From Vulcanimicrobiota bacterium (GTDB lineage Bacteria > Vulcanimicrobiota > Vulcanimicrobiia > Vulcanimicrobiales > Vulcanimicrobiaceae), in contig CAWETW010000003.1 of NCBI GenBank assembly GCA_963812155.1, positions 800,001 to 864,000 on the forward strand: a DNA stretch of 64,000 nt. Reading direction: 5' to 3'. Made by a program: the position numbers and the translations under genes. The notes under the pieces were generated by a model. The model ran no database searches. It was not told the origin of the DNA and worked only from the letters and a program-made list of their open reading frames with translations. Position 1 is the stretch's first letter, and every line of letters begins with the position of its first letter. This document shows, piece by piece, positions 56,589-64,000 of this stretch.

Positions 56589-58694
56589 TCAATTCCCCGC
56601 GACGACGGCGCGGACGTTTCGAAGTTGAATTTGTCCGTTCGACACCTGCATTCCGCGCGGAGGGAGCACGTATAGCGCGCGCAGACGCGCGGCTTGCGTG
56701 CCGGGCGGAAAGCGCACGGTGACGTGACGCCAGCCGGGCGCATCCAGAACGGCCGCCGTCAGCAGCGTATCTTCGTTGATGGCATTGCGCACCGCGGCGC
56801 GCAATCGCGACGCGCTGCCGTCGTCGAGCACGTCGAACGAAATGCCGATCGTTCCCGGCGGAAGCGCCAGATCCGATACCGCATATGCGGCGCGTTCGTT
56901 GCCGGCGAAGGCGTATGCCAGCGTGACGCACGAGCCGCATTGCGAATCGCGCGCAACGTGTCCCCCGCCGCCGTGCGGGATCGACGTAAAACGCGCGCGC
57001 TCGGCAAAAGGCAGCGCCACTTCGTGCGATCCGACCGTCACGAGCGATTGCACTGCGGCGTTCGCGACGCGTACGGTAATGCGTGCGTTACGCGTCGCGG
57101 CGTGGAAGAGGCCGTCGCGTGCAATCGAACCGCTCGAGGTGCTCCACCGCAGCGTCTTCGGCAATGCCACCGGGTAGCCGCGCGCGTCGGCGGCGTGCGC
57201 GAAGAGCTGCAGCGTTCCGCGGTTGTCGACGTTGGCGCCCGGTGGTTCGATGGAGAGGCGGGCCGGAGCGGCGAGCACGTTGAGTTCGATGGCACCTTTG
57301 AGCGGGCCGCCATGCAGCGCGATGCGTCCCGATCCGGCTTGCCGCGCGTAGAAGATACCGTTGCGGACTTGGCCGAGCGAGGGCGGCTCGACATTCTCAG
57401 AAACCGCACCGGTCGCCGCCACGTGATTGGCGGCGTCGACGGCCGCGATGCGTAGTGGAACCGCGGCGCCGGTCACGGCGCGCACGATGCCCGGCTGCGC
57501 GACGAGACGCACCGCCGGTCCGACCGGCGCCGTGCTGTAAACGAAGAGACCGTTGCCGACCGGGCGTTCGATGCGGTCGGACGGGCTGTTGACGATCTCC
57601 GAAACGGCATCGCCGAGACGGCGAACCGACATCGTGGAAGAGCCGCCGCCGTCGAATGCAAGCCCTTCGCTCGCACCGAGCGCGCGCATGAGCGACGCGA
57701 ACTCGCGTCGCGTCAAACCGACGCTCACCGAAGGTTGGCGGCCGTCGACCTCGATGAGGAAGAGACGCCCGTCGGTTGCAATTGCGGCGCCGGTGCATGG
57801 AATGCGCTTGTCGTACTCACCGCCGTTGGGTCCGTCGGGATCGTCGATCCAGGAGCCGCCGTGGAGTATCAGCGGTCCGCCGCCGATTGCCGTGGCGATC
57901 GTATCGAGTCCGAGCGGCGACAGATCTCCGCCTGCCGACACCACGTCGCCCGGATTAGGCACGCCGGCCGTCGAGAGCGCACCGGGACCGATGGCGAGAT
58001 AGTATCCCGGCGGTTGAGCCGAAAGGTTGTCGGCAATTCCGGTAACACGGTAGCGGGCTAGCGGCGGCGTGCCGCCGAGCAGCTGCAGCGATGCCAGCGT
58101 CACGTTGTCGAGTGGCGGAACGCCGCCGTATTCCGGCGTCAGCAGCGTCGTACCGGCGTCGGCCGGCCGGCGGTCGATCGCATCGAGCGACACGGTGCGA
58201 TCGCCGACCTGCACTTGTCCCATGAACGAGAATTCGGCGACGTGGGCGGCGCCGTCGCGCGTCAGCGCGAGAGCGTAGCGGTTGCGGGGCATCTGGAGCA
58301 GCGTGCCGTTGCGAATCACGATGTTGGTGGGCCGATTGGTCGCGCCGATGTCGTAATAGTCGCCGTTGATTCCGGCAACCGCGCCGGTGCGCTTCGCCAT
58401 CGAGCCGACCGTTTCGCCGTGCGACTCGAGCGTATCGTGCGCGAGGACTTCGCCGACCTTCACGTCGCTGCGGTGCGTGTCGACCGCGACGATCCGCACG
58501 ACCACCGGGCCGGCCGTCGTCGTCATCGGGTACTCGCCAAACGTGACTCCCGGCGCGATCTCTTCGATCGTGGGCGCCTGCTGAAGAATTTGCGGAAAGG
58601 GCGGAGCGGGCGCGAGCGTTGCCGGCAGGACGGCGGCTCGGGCCGCCGCGCCGCAACATACCAGCGCCGCGACGGCGATCGAAACGATTTTCAT
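56589..58694 (-). CDS. Secreted phosphodiester glycosidase (NAGPA) family protein
   Basis: Signal peptide; motifs GAVAGINGDYY, GGGP.I, VDGRQ..SVG.T, DGGGSSTM, N.PSD..ER.V.N; ATG 58694. Confidence 0.88.
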   Translation of the reverse strand: MKIVSIAVAALVCCGAAARAAVLPATLAPAPPFPQILQQAPTIEEIAPGVTFGEYPMTTTAGPVVVRIVAVDTHRSDVKVGEVLAHDTLESHGETVGSMAKRTGAVAGINGDYYDIGATNRPTNIVIRNGTLLQMPRNRYALALTRDGAAHVAEFSFMGQVQVGDRTVSLDAIDRRPADAGTTLLTPEYGGVPPLDNVTLASLQLLGGTPPLARYRVTGIADNLSAQPPGYYLAIGPGALSTAGVPNPGDVVSAGGDLSPLGLDTIATAIGGGPLILHGGSWIDDPDGPNGGEYDKRIPCTGAAIATDGRLFLIEVDGRQPSVSVGLTRREFASLMRALGASEGLAFDGGGSSTMSVRRLGDAVSEIVNSPSDRIERPVGNGLFVYSTAPVGPAVRLVAQPGIVRAVTGAAVPLRIAAVDAANHVAATGAVSENVEPPSLGQVRNGIFYARQAGSGRIALHGGPLKGAIELNVLAAPARLSIEPPGANVDNRGTLQLFAHAADARGYPVALPKTLRWSTSSGSIARDGLFHAATRNARITVRVANAAVQSLVTVGSHEVALPFAERARFTSIPHGGGGHVARDSQCGSCVTLAYAFAGNERAAYAVSDLALPPGTIGISFDVLDDGSASRLRAAVRNAINEDTLLTAAVLDAPGWRHVTVRFPPGTQAARLRALYVLPPRGMQVSNGQIQLRNVRAVVAGN

Positions 58695-59989
58695 GGGCGA
58701 TGCGGTGCGTTCGACGCGCGCCTCCCCGGCCATACCGCAACGGCAAGCGGATAACTGCCCGTTGCAAACGGTGCGTGCGGCAAGCGACGCAAAGTCCGCG
58801 AATCGAAGGCATCGATCCGGTCGGCGCGCGCGCACGGCACGAACAACCGTCCGGCCGAATCGAGGGTCGGCTTCCACGGCGTGCGGCACGTCGCCAGCGG
58901 CGGACGTTTGGGCAGCAGCGTTCGCGCGTCGAGAACGTCGACGGCGTCCAACTCCTCGTCGGTGACGAACAGCGTGTTATCGCGCGCGTCGAGCGCTTCG
59001 CCGATCGGGAACGTCAGGTCGCGGCTGCGCGCGACGACGCGCGGCGGCGAACGGCGAAGATCGAAGGCCACGGCCGCTCCGGGCTGCGCGAACGGCGAGG
59101 CGGCGCTTTGATTGGAAATCGCGTACAGGCGCCGCCCGTCTGCAGAAAGCGCGAGCGAGAAAACGCGCGGCACGGCGGCAAAGCGGCGCAGAACGCGCAT
59201 CGAACGCGCGTCGACAACGGCCACCGTCCCGTCGTTGACGTTGGCGACGTAGACGAGCTGCCGGCGTACGTCGACGGCCAATCCTTCGGCCGTGCGTCCG
59301 GTGACGACGGTCACGATGCTGCCGTCGCTCGCGACGCGGGTCAGCGCGCCGTCGCCTTTGACGTCGCGATTGGTGATGAAAATAGCGCGAGCCGGGTCGT
59401 CGACCGCGATTTCATCGCCGAACGGCACGCTGCCGAAGCGCGAAACGCGCCACGGCGCAAGCGCCGCAAACGTCACGGCGTTGCCCTGCGTGTCGGTCGC
59501 CGCAAGGCGTCCGGTCGCGTCGAAGGCGTCGTCGCTGGCAGCGCCGCCGGTTGCCAGAATGCCGAGAACCGAAAAGGTGCGAGCGTCGTGAAAGACGATG
59601 CCGTCGTCGTAACTCGCGACGGCGAGCAACGCCTGACGAGGCGACGGCGGCGCGGTGATGCGAAGGGCGCGCGCGGCGAGCCCGCTCCGATTGCCGGCGA
59701 CGAGAAGCGTGTCGGCGGGCGATGCATCGGCCGCGATTTCGTAGGTTCCGTCGTGGCGAAAAGTGCCTTCGCCGAGCAGCGCGACGTGGTACGGCGCCGA
59801 AAAACCGTCGACACGCACGGCGAAGGTGCTGCCGGGAAAGTACGGCCAGCGCGAGATCGCAATCGTACCCGTCGCGCGGTAACCGCTGGGCGCGCGCGCA
59901 ACGCTCGCGCACAACATCGGCGCGACGGCGAGCGTGAGCGCGCAGGCGAGTGCGCGCCGGATGCGTTCCGGCTGCCGGCTGCGATACAC
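58691..59989 (-). CDS. YncE/YVTN-like beta-propeller secreted protein
   Basis: Signal peptide; repeats with LAVD...VYVAN..DGTVAVVD; C-terminal TGSYP..VAV. Confidence 0.75.
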   Translation of the reverse strand: MYRSRQPERIRRALACALTLAVAPMLCASVARAPSGYRATGTIAISRWPYFPGSTFAVRVDGFSAPYHVALLGEGTFRHDGTYEIAADASPADTLLVAGNRSGLAARALRITAPPSPRQALLAVASYDDGIVFHDARTFSVLGILATGGAASDDAFDATGRLAATDTQGNAVTFAALAPWRVSRFGSVPFGDEIAVDDPARAIFITNRDVKGDGALTRVASDGSIVTVVTGRTAEGLAVDVRRQLVYVANVNDGTVAVVDARSMRVLRRFAAVPRVFSLALSADGRRLYAISNQSAASPFAQPGAAVAFDLRRSPPRVVARSRDLTFPIGEALDARDNTLFVTDEELDAVDVLDARTLLPKRPPLATCRTPWKPTLDSAGRLFVPCARADRIDAFDSRTLRRLPHAPFATGSYPLAVAVWPGRRASNAPHRP

Positions 59990-59996
59990 GACGCTC

Positions 59997-60560
59997 TTAC
60001 GCGCGAAAGTATCCGACCAACAGCAGGACGAGGCCGACGATGCTCAACGCGCTGCCGATGCCAAGGAGTGCGCGCGTGCGCACGAGCGTCGAGATCGACA
60101 CGAGTACGACCGAGATATCGAAGAAGGTCGTTCCGAGCTGCAGCACTTCGTACGACTTCAGAACCTCGTCGGAGTGAAGATCGTCCCGTTCGGAGTCGGC
60201 TTCGAGCCATTGCGCCCGCACGAGTAACGACTGCGACGCTCCGTTTTCGCGATCGGCGAGGTCTTGCACGGCCTTACGCCCTTTGGCGGTCTTCAAAATT
60301 CCGGAATCGATGAGCGTCTGGGCGATTTGATACCGGACTTGCTTGGCTTCGTATTTTCCGTACGCGTCGGAGGCTTTTGTCTGAGCGAGGATCGCCTGAT
60401 TCTTCGTGGTGAGTGCCGAAATCGACCGATGGTGCGCGAGCAGCGTCCCGAGCGCAGCGAGAACGGCGGCGACGGCGATGACCACGGAGGTCAGGCGGTC
60501 GCGCCTGCCTCGGCGTATCTCGCCCGCTTCGCTCAAGGTTTTGTGGACGTTCTCGCTCAC
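59997..60560 (-). CDS. DUF4337-family membrane protein
   Basis: A..AVLAALG, Q..ASD.Y..Y.AK, TM pair at the C-terminus (ISVVLVSIS). Confidence 0.72.
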   Translation of the reverse strand: MSENVHKTLSEAGEIRRGRRDRLTSVVIAVAAVLAALGTLLAHHRSISALTTKNQAILAQTKASDAYGKYEAKQVRYQIAQTLIDSGILKTAKGRKAVQDLADRENGASQSLLVRAQWLEADSERDDLHSDEVLKSYEVLQLGTTFFDISVVLVSISTLVRTRALLGIGSALSIVGLVLLLVGYFRA

Positions 60561-61867
60561 GGTTCGGCGCGACCCTTTCTAGAGGCGGTTCGTTGCACGA
60601 TGGCAGCGACGCGTTCGAGCGCGTCGGCGACGTCAGTTCCGGGTGCGACGGTCGTTTCCGCCGTCCTGCGCGGATCGAGCGCAAAACTCGCGAGCCGGTA
60701 GTCGCCGAACGTGCCGGCAATCACGGCACCGTCGGGGTCGACGGCGTACGCGCGCCGGGCTGCTGCGTCGAAAACGACGACGTACATTCGCAGTTCCAGC
60801 GCACGCGCGCGCGCCAGCGGTTCGATCCATTCGGGCGGTCCGTGCGCCGTCCACGCCGCCCACACGTATCCTGCCCGACGGTATGCGACGAGTGCGCCCG
60901 GATCGAGCATGACGCCGTCGTCGACCCGCGCGCACGGGAGCTCGCCGTCGAGTGACGCACCGGCGGCACCCTCGGGTGCGAGGGCGCAGTCTCCCCCGAG
61001 CAGTTCGAGCCTTCGCTCGATGTCGGAGGGAAGCGCACCGCCGCCGATGACGACGCGCATCGGCCGGGTGCGCGAAGAGGAAACGTTCGGCACCGGGCGT
61101 GCGTCATCCCGAGCCCCGCTATGCGGTTCGATCGCTACGGTCGCCGTGACGATGGCGGGCGTTCCTTGCGACGCAATCGCCAGCACGTTGCCGGCGGCAT
61201 CGACGATCTGGCTCTTGCCGCAATACGCCACCATGCCGCGTTCGACGCCGCATTTGTTGGCGGCGACGAATGGAACGGCGTTCTCGCGCGCGCGAACGCG
61301 TGCCAGCAGATCGGCTTGTACGTTTTCGAGCGATTGCGGATTGCGGCCGCTCGTGACCCATGCGGTCGGCATCACGAGCAATTCAGCCCCGCCGTCGACC
61401 AACTCGCGCGCGATCGTCGGGATGCGGCCGTCGGCGCACACGAGGACTCCCAGCGAACCGATCGAGGTCGCCACCGGCGCAATGCGCTCGCCCGGGGCGA
61501 ACCAGAGCCGGTCGAAATGCCACAGGAAAATCTTGTCTGCGCTGCCGGCGATCGAGCCGTCGCCGTCGATGACCACCGCGGCGTTGCGCAAACCGCGCGC
61601 GTCGCGTAAGGCGGCGCCTGCAACGACGACGGCACGCGTGTCGCGCGCAACGTCGCGGAGTAAGTCGAGCGCGCCCCCGATTGCTGCGTGGTCGACGCGA
61701 GCGTCGCCCAGTACGTAACCGGGAAAGGTCGCTTCGGGAAGAACGACGAGGTCGGCGTCGCTTGCCGCCGAGCGTGCAGTCGCCGCAATCTCGCCCACCG
61801 CGTGCGCGAAATCGTCGGCATCGTGCGCTTGGAGCTGCACCGCCGCGACGCGGATCGTCCGGCTCAT
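60557..61867 (-). CDS. Carbon-nitrogen hydrolase (nitrilase superfamily) with C-terminal extension
   Basis: Catalytic E (LPEA), K (DKIFLW) and C (VCADG); ATG 61867. Confidence 0.85.
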   Translation of the reverse strand: MSRTIRVAAVQLQAHDADDFAHAVGEIAATARSAASDADLVVLPEATFPGYVLGDARVDHAAIGGALDLLRDVARDTRAVVVAGAALRDARGLRNAAVVIDGDGSIAGSADKIFLWHFDRLWFAPGERIAPVATSIGSLGVLVCADGRIPTIARELVDGGAELLVMPTAWVTSGRNPQSLENVQADLLARVRARENAVPFVAANKCGVERGMVAYCGKSQIVDAAGNVLAIASQGTPAIVTATVAIEPHSGARDDARPVPNVSSSRTRPMRVVIGGGALPSDIERRLELLGGDCALAPEGAAGASLDGELPCARVDDGVMLDPGALVAYRRAGYVWAAWTAHGPPEWIEPLARARALELRMYVVVFDAAARRAYAVDPDGAVIAGTFGDYRLASFALDPRRTAETTVAPGTDVADALERVAAIVQRTASRKGRAEP

Positions 61868-61955
61868 TCCGCCGCAGTTTCGCGCCGTCGCCTCGCGCGA
61901 CCCTGTGCGCAGCCCGGGAGGCCGACGTGCCGACGGCGGGAAACGTTTATCGCCC

Positions 61956-62873
61956 ATGAGACGCATGCTACTCGCGTCGCTGACCGCAATGACGATCGCG
62001 ATTGGAATCGTCGTGTGCGATACGGCGCCGAACCCCGCGGAGGCGTCGTCCGCCGCAACCGCATCGCCGAAAGCCTCGCCCTCCGCTTCGCCGTCCAAGA
62101 ACGATCCGTGCGGAGCGACCAAGAGTAAATGGGCCCACGTGCAATGCCAGGAGTTCAATGCTTCGGCGCCCGGCGACGAATATTTCGGACGTTTGAAAAT
62201 CAGTTATCTCGGGATCGACAACACGTTCAAGGACGGCGCGATCAGCGCCGGCGCATATACGGTCGATCCGAACCTTATCAAGAAGCTGATGTTCGCCGAC
62301 GAAGCGCTGCAGCGCTGGGCCGCGAAATATCCGAACGATCCGCAATTGCCGCGCTCGTACTTCTTGGGCATTCAGGTTTTCCGCAAGGTGTACACGCAGC
62401 CGGGTCAAGATCTTGCATGGCACTACATGCAGATTCTCATCACGAAATACCCGAGTACGTACTTCGGCAAGAACACCAAGGCGTCGATCGCAAACGGGTA
62501 CACCGAGCACTGGTTCGCGCTGGCGCAACTCTGCCCGACGCCGCTGCCGAAAGGCGTCAAGCCGGAGAAGACGCCGAGTGCCACGCCGTCGCCCTCGCCG
62601 TCACCGGGACAACCGGCGATCGACCTCATCACGCCGCCGTGCGTGCAGCCCTCACCGGTCGCTTCTCCGGAACCGAGCGCATCGCCGAGTTATCAGCCTT
62701 CGTCGCGCGCATCGCCGAGTTACCAGCCTTCCCCGCCCGCATCGCCGAGCGCTCAGCCTTCGTCGCGCCCATCGCCGAGCGCGTCCCCACAAAGTACAAG
62801 GCTTCCAATGAGAAAGGCTCCGGGAATATCCCGGAGCCTTTTCCTTTGGTTGGACGCGATGCCTAGAACTTAA
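61956..62873 (+). CDS. Secreted hypothetical protein with Pro/Ser-rich tail
   Basis: Signal peptide, helical domain (APGDEYFGRLK.S.LGI.N) and SP repeats. The 3' end is uncertain because the ORF reads through a hairpin. Confidence 0.7.
   Translation: MRRMLLASLTAMTIAIGIVVCDTAPNPAEASSAATASPKASPSASPSKNDPCGATKSKWAHVQCQEFNASAPGDEYFGRLKISYLGIDNTFKDGAISAGAYTVDPNLIKKLMFADEALQRWAAKYPNDPQLPRSYFLGIQVFRKVYTQPGQDLAWHYMQILITKYPSTYFGKNTKASIANGYTEHWFALAQLCPTPLPKGVKPEKTPSATPSPSPSPGQPAIDLITPPCVQPSPVASPEPSASPSYQPSSRASPSYQPSPPASPSAQPSSRPSPSASPQSTRLPMRKAPGISRSLFLWLDAMPRT
62678..62780 (+). repeat. About 3.4 x 30-bp coding tandem repeat (ASPSYQPSSR)
   Basis: cgcatcgccgagtta(t/c)cagccttc... units at 62678, 62708, 62738 and 62768. 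Confidence 0.88.
62813..62842. terminator. Bidirectional Rho-independent terminator
   Basis: aaaggctccggga-ata-tcccggagccttt perfect 13-bp stem between convergent genes. Confidence 0.8.
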
Positions 62874-64000
62874 TACCGAGACCGATGTACGGTCCGCTTT
62901 CGGCGAAGTTCGAGGGTGCGTTCATTTGACCCCAGCCGTAGTCTCCGAGGAAGCCGCCTTCGATGAAGAGCGGGATCCCTTGGAACGAGTAGTTCACGCC
63001 GATGTCATACTTCAGAACGTCGTACGACAACGTGAACGGACCACTGGGGCAGTTGTTCGTGCCGCAGTCGCCCTTCACGTTCCAATAGTAGTATGCGCTC
63101 CCGTAGAACGAGAACGGGTGGTTGAGGTCGGGCAGCTTTTCGATACCCGCGCCGACGTTGTTCAGCGAAGGATAGCCGGCGTTGTTCGAGCGCCACAAGT
63201 AGCCGACGCCGATGTAGATGCGCGGTTGCAGGACGCGGAATCCTACGCGTGCATCGAGATCGTAATCGCGCATGTTGAACGCGGGAACGAACGTCTGGAA
63301 CTGTCCGCCGATCGCGGTGACGAGACCACTAGGATGCGAGTAGTTGTACTGCCGGTAGTCGCCTTCGACCATCCACGGGAAGTTGAACAGATCGAACTCG
63401 CCCGCACCGTGTAGACGGTACGAGAAGCCGTTGCACGTGTTGCACGCAGATGTGCCGGGGCTGAACTCGTTGTAGACCTTTGGCGAAATGATGTAGTCAC
63501 CCGCGATATAAAGGTCGTGATACGGAGTCGCCATCGGCGTTGGAGTCGGAGTCGGCGGCGGCGGCGGCGGCGGCGCAGCCGAAGGCGGCGGCGTCGGCGG
63601 AATGTACCGCACGACGACGAGATGCCGGTCGGCGACCCACAGCACGTACGCGCCCATACCTTCCGAAATGACGCGGACCGGTACGAGCACGTTGCCCTGA
63701 TACATGATCGGCGGCACGTCCAGCGGACGTGATTCGCCGTTGATGACCACCTCGGGTTTGCCGACGGTCACCTTGACCTCGGCCCCGGGTTTACTGACCG
63801 TCACTGTCTTGCTTCCCGCGTCGTAAGACACGGTAGCGCCCATTTGCTCGAACATCGAGCGGAGTGGAATCAGGAGCGTGCCGCCGCGTACGAGCGCGGC
63901 GAGAACGCGAGCCTGCTTCAGGACGTCGGGCTTGGTGTAGACGTGGTGGTCATTGTAGAGAATCGGGATCTGACCCGACGGCGGCGAACCGAAGTTCGCC
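62863..64000 (-). CDS. Copper-amine-oxidase N-terminal (stalk) domain protein with C-terminal beta-barrel-like domain (5' end outside window)
   Basis: LIPLRSMFEQMGATVSYD...INGE.RPLDVPP....G.VLVPVRVISEGMGA.V.W; Pro linker; aromatic beta-strands ending YIGLGIKF. Confidence 0.8.
   Translation of the reverse strand, partial: ANFGSPPSGQIPILYNDHHVYTKPDVLKQARVLAALVRGGTLLIPLRSMFEQMGATVSYDAGSKTVTVSKPGAEVKVTVGKPEVVINGESRPLDVPPIMYQGNVLVPVRVISEGMGAYVLWVADRHLVVVRYIPPTPPPSAAPPPPPPPTPTPTPMATPYHDLYIAGDYIISPKVYNEFSPGTSACNTCNGFSYRLHGAGEFDLFNFPWMVEGDYRQYNYSHPSGLVTAIGGQFQTFVPAFNMRDYDLDARVGFRVLQPRIYIGVGYLWRSNNAGYPSLNNVGAGIEKLPDLNHPFSFYGSAYYYWNVKGDCGTNNCPSGPFTLSYDVLKYDIGVNYSFQGIPLFIEGGFLGDYGWGQMNAPSNFAESGPYIGLGIKF

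Noticed and set aside
62780..62873. C-terminal extension of the 61956 ORF (MRKAPGISRSLFLW...) as a real domain
   Set aside because: It is translation through a terminator hairpin and into the convergent gene; more likely an indel or lost stop than a functional peptide.

Overview
GC-rich bacterial chromosomal window with dense housekeeping and metabolic operons. Gene content and the secreted-protein families suggest Ca. Eremiobacterota/Vulcanimicrobiota, which is an inference from recall and was not tested. From left to right it contains: glcD-like, namZ, mqnD, mqnB, queE and queD; a 2-oxoacid dehydrogenase cluster with two tandem E1-alpha genes; assorted hydrolases; ETF:quinone oxidoreductase with thiO-thiS-thiG-rhodanese; an RCK-domain channel-like protein; and bcp. 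Next is a visibly AT-richer island (about 27.5-31.3 kb) of three beta-propeller lipoprotein genes, two of which share a ~325-bp promoter/leader/signal-peptide cassette. Then come pyrE, an oppA-like gene, an EF-G paralog, a PHP protein with a histone-H1-like tail, and an ECF sigma factor coupled to a zinc anti-sigma/O6-methylguanine methyltransferase fusion. The right half holds actP, sufR/sufCDSU without sufB, folD, tldD/pmbA and several secreted proteins. I saw no rRNA, tRNA, CRISPR array or transposase. The two best candidates for undescribed biology are the ECF sigma with its ZAS-Ogt fusion (a putative alkylation-damage-sensing sigma switch, possibly with the PHP-H1 protein as effector) and the duplicated structured leader cassette. 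Local clusters of indels (27.6-31.2 kb, 53.8-56.6 kb and a few isolated ones) look like consensus errors, so frameshifted calls are provisional.
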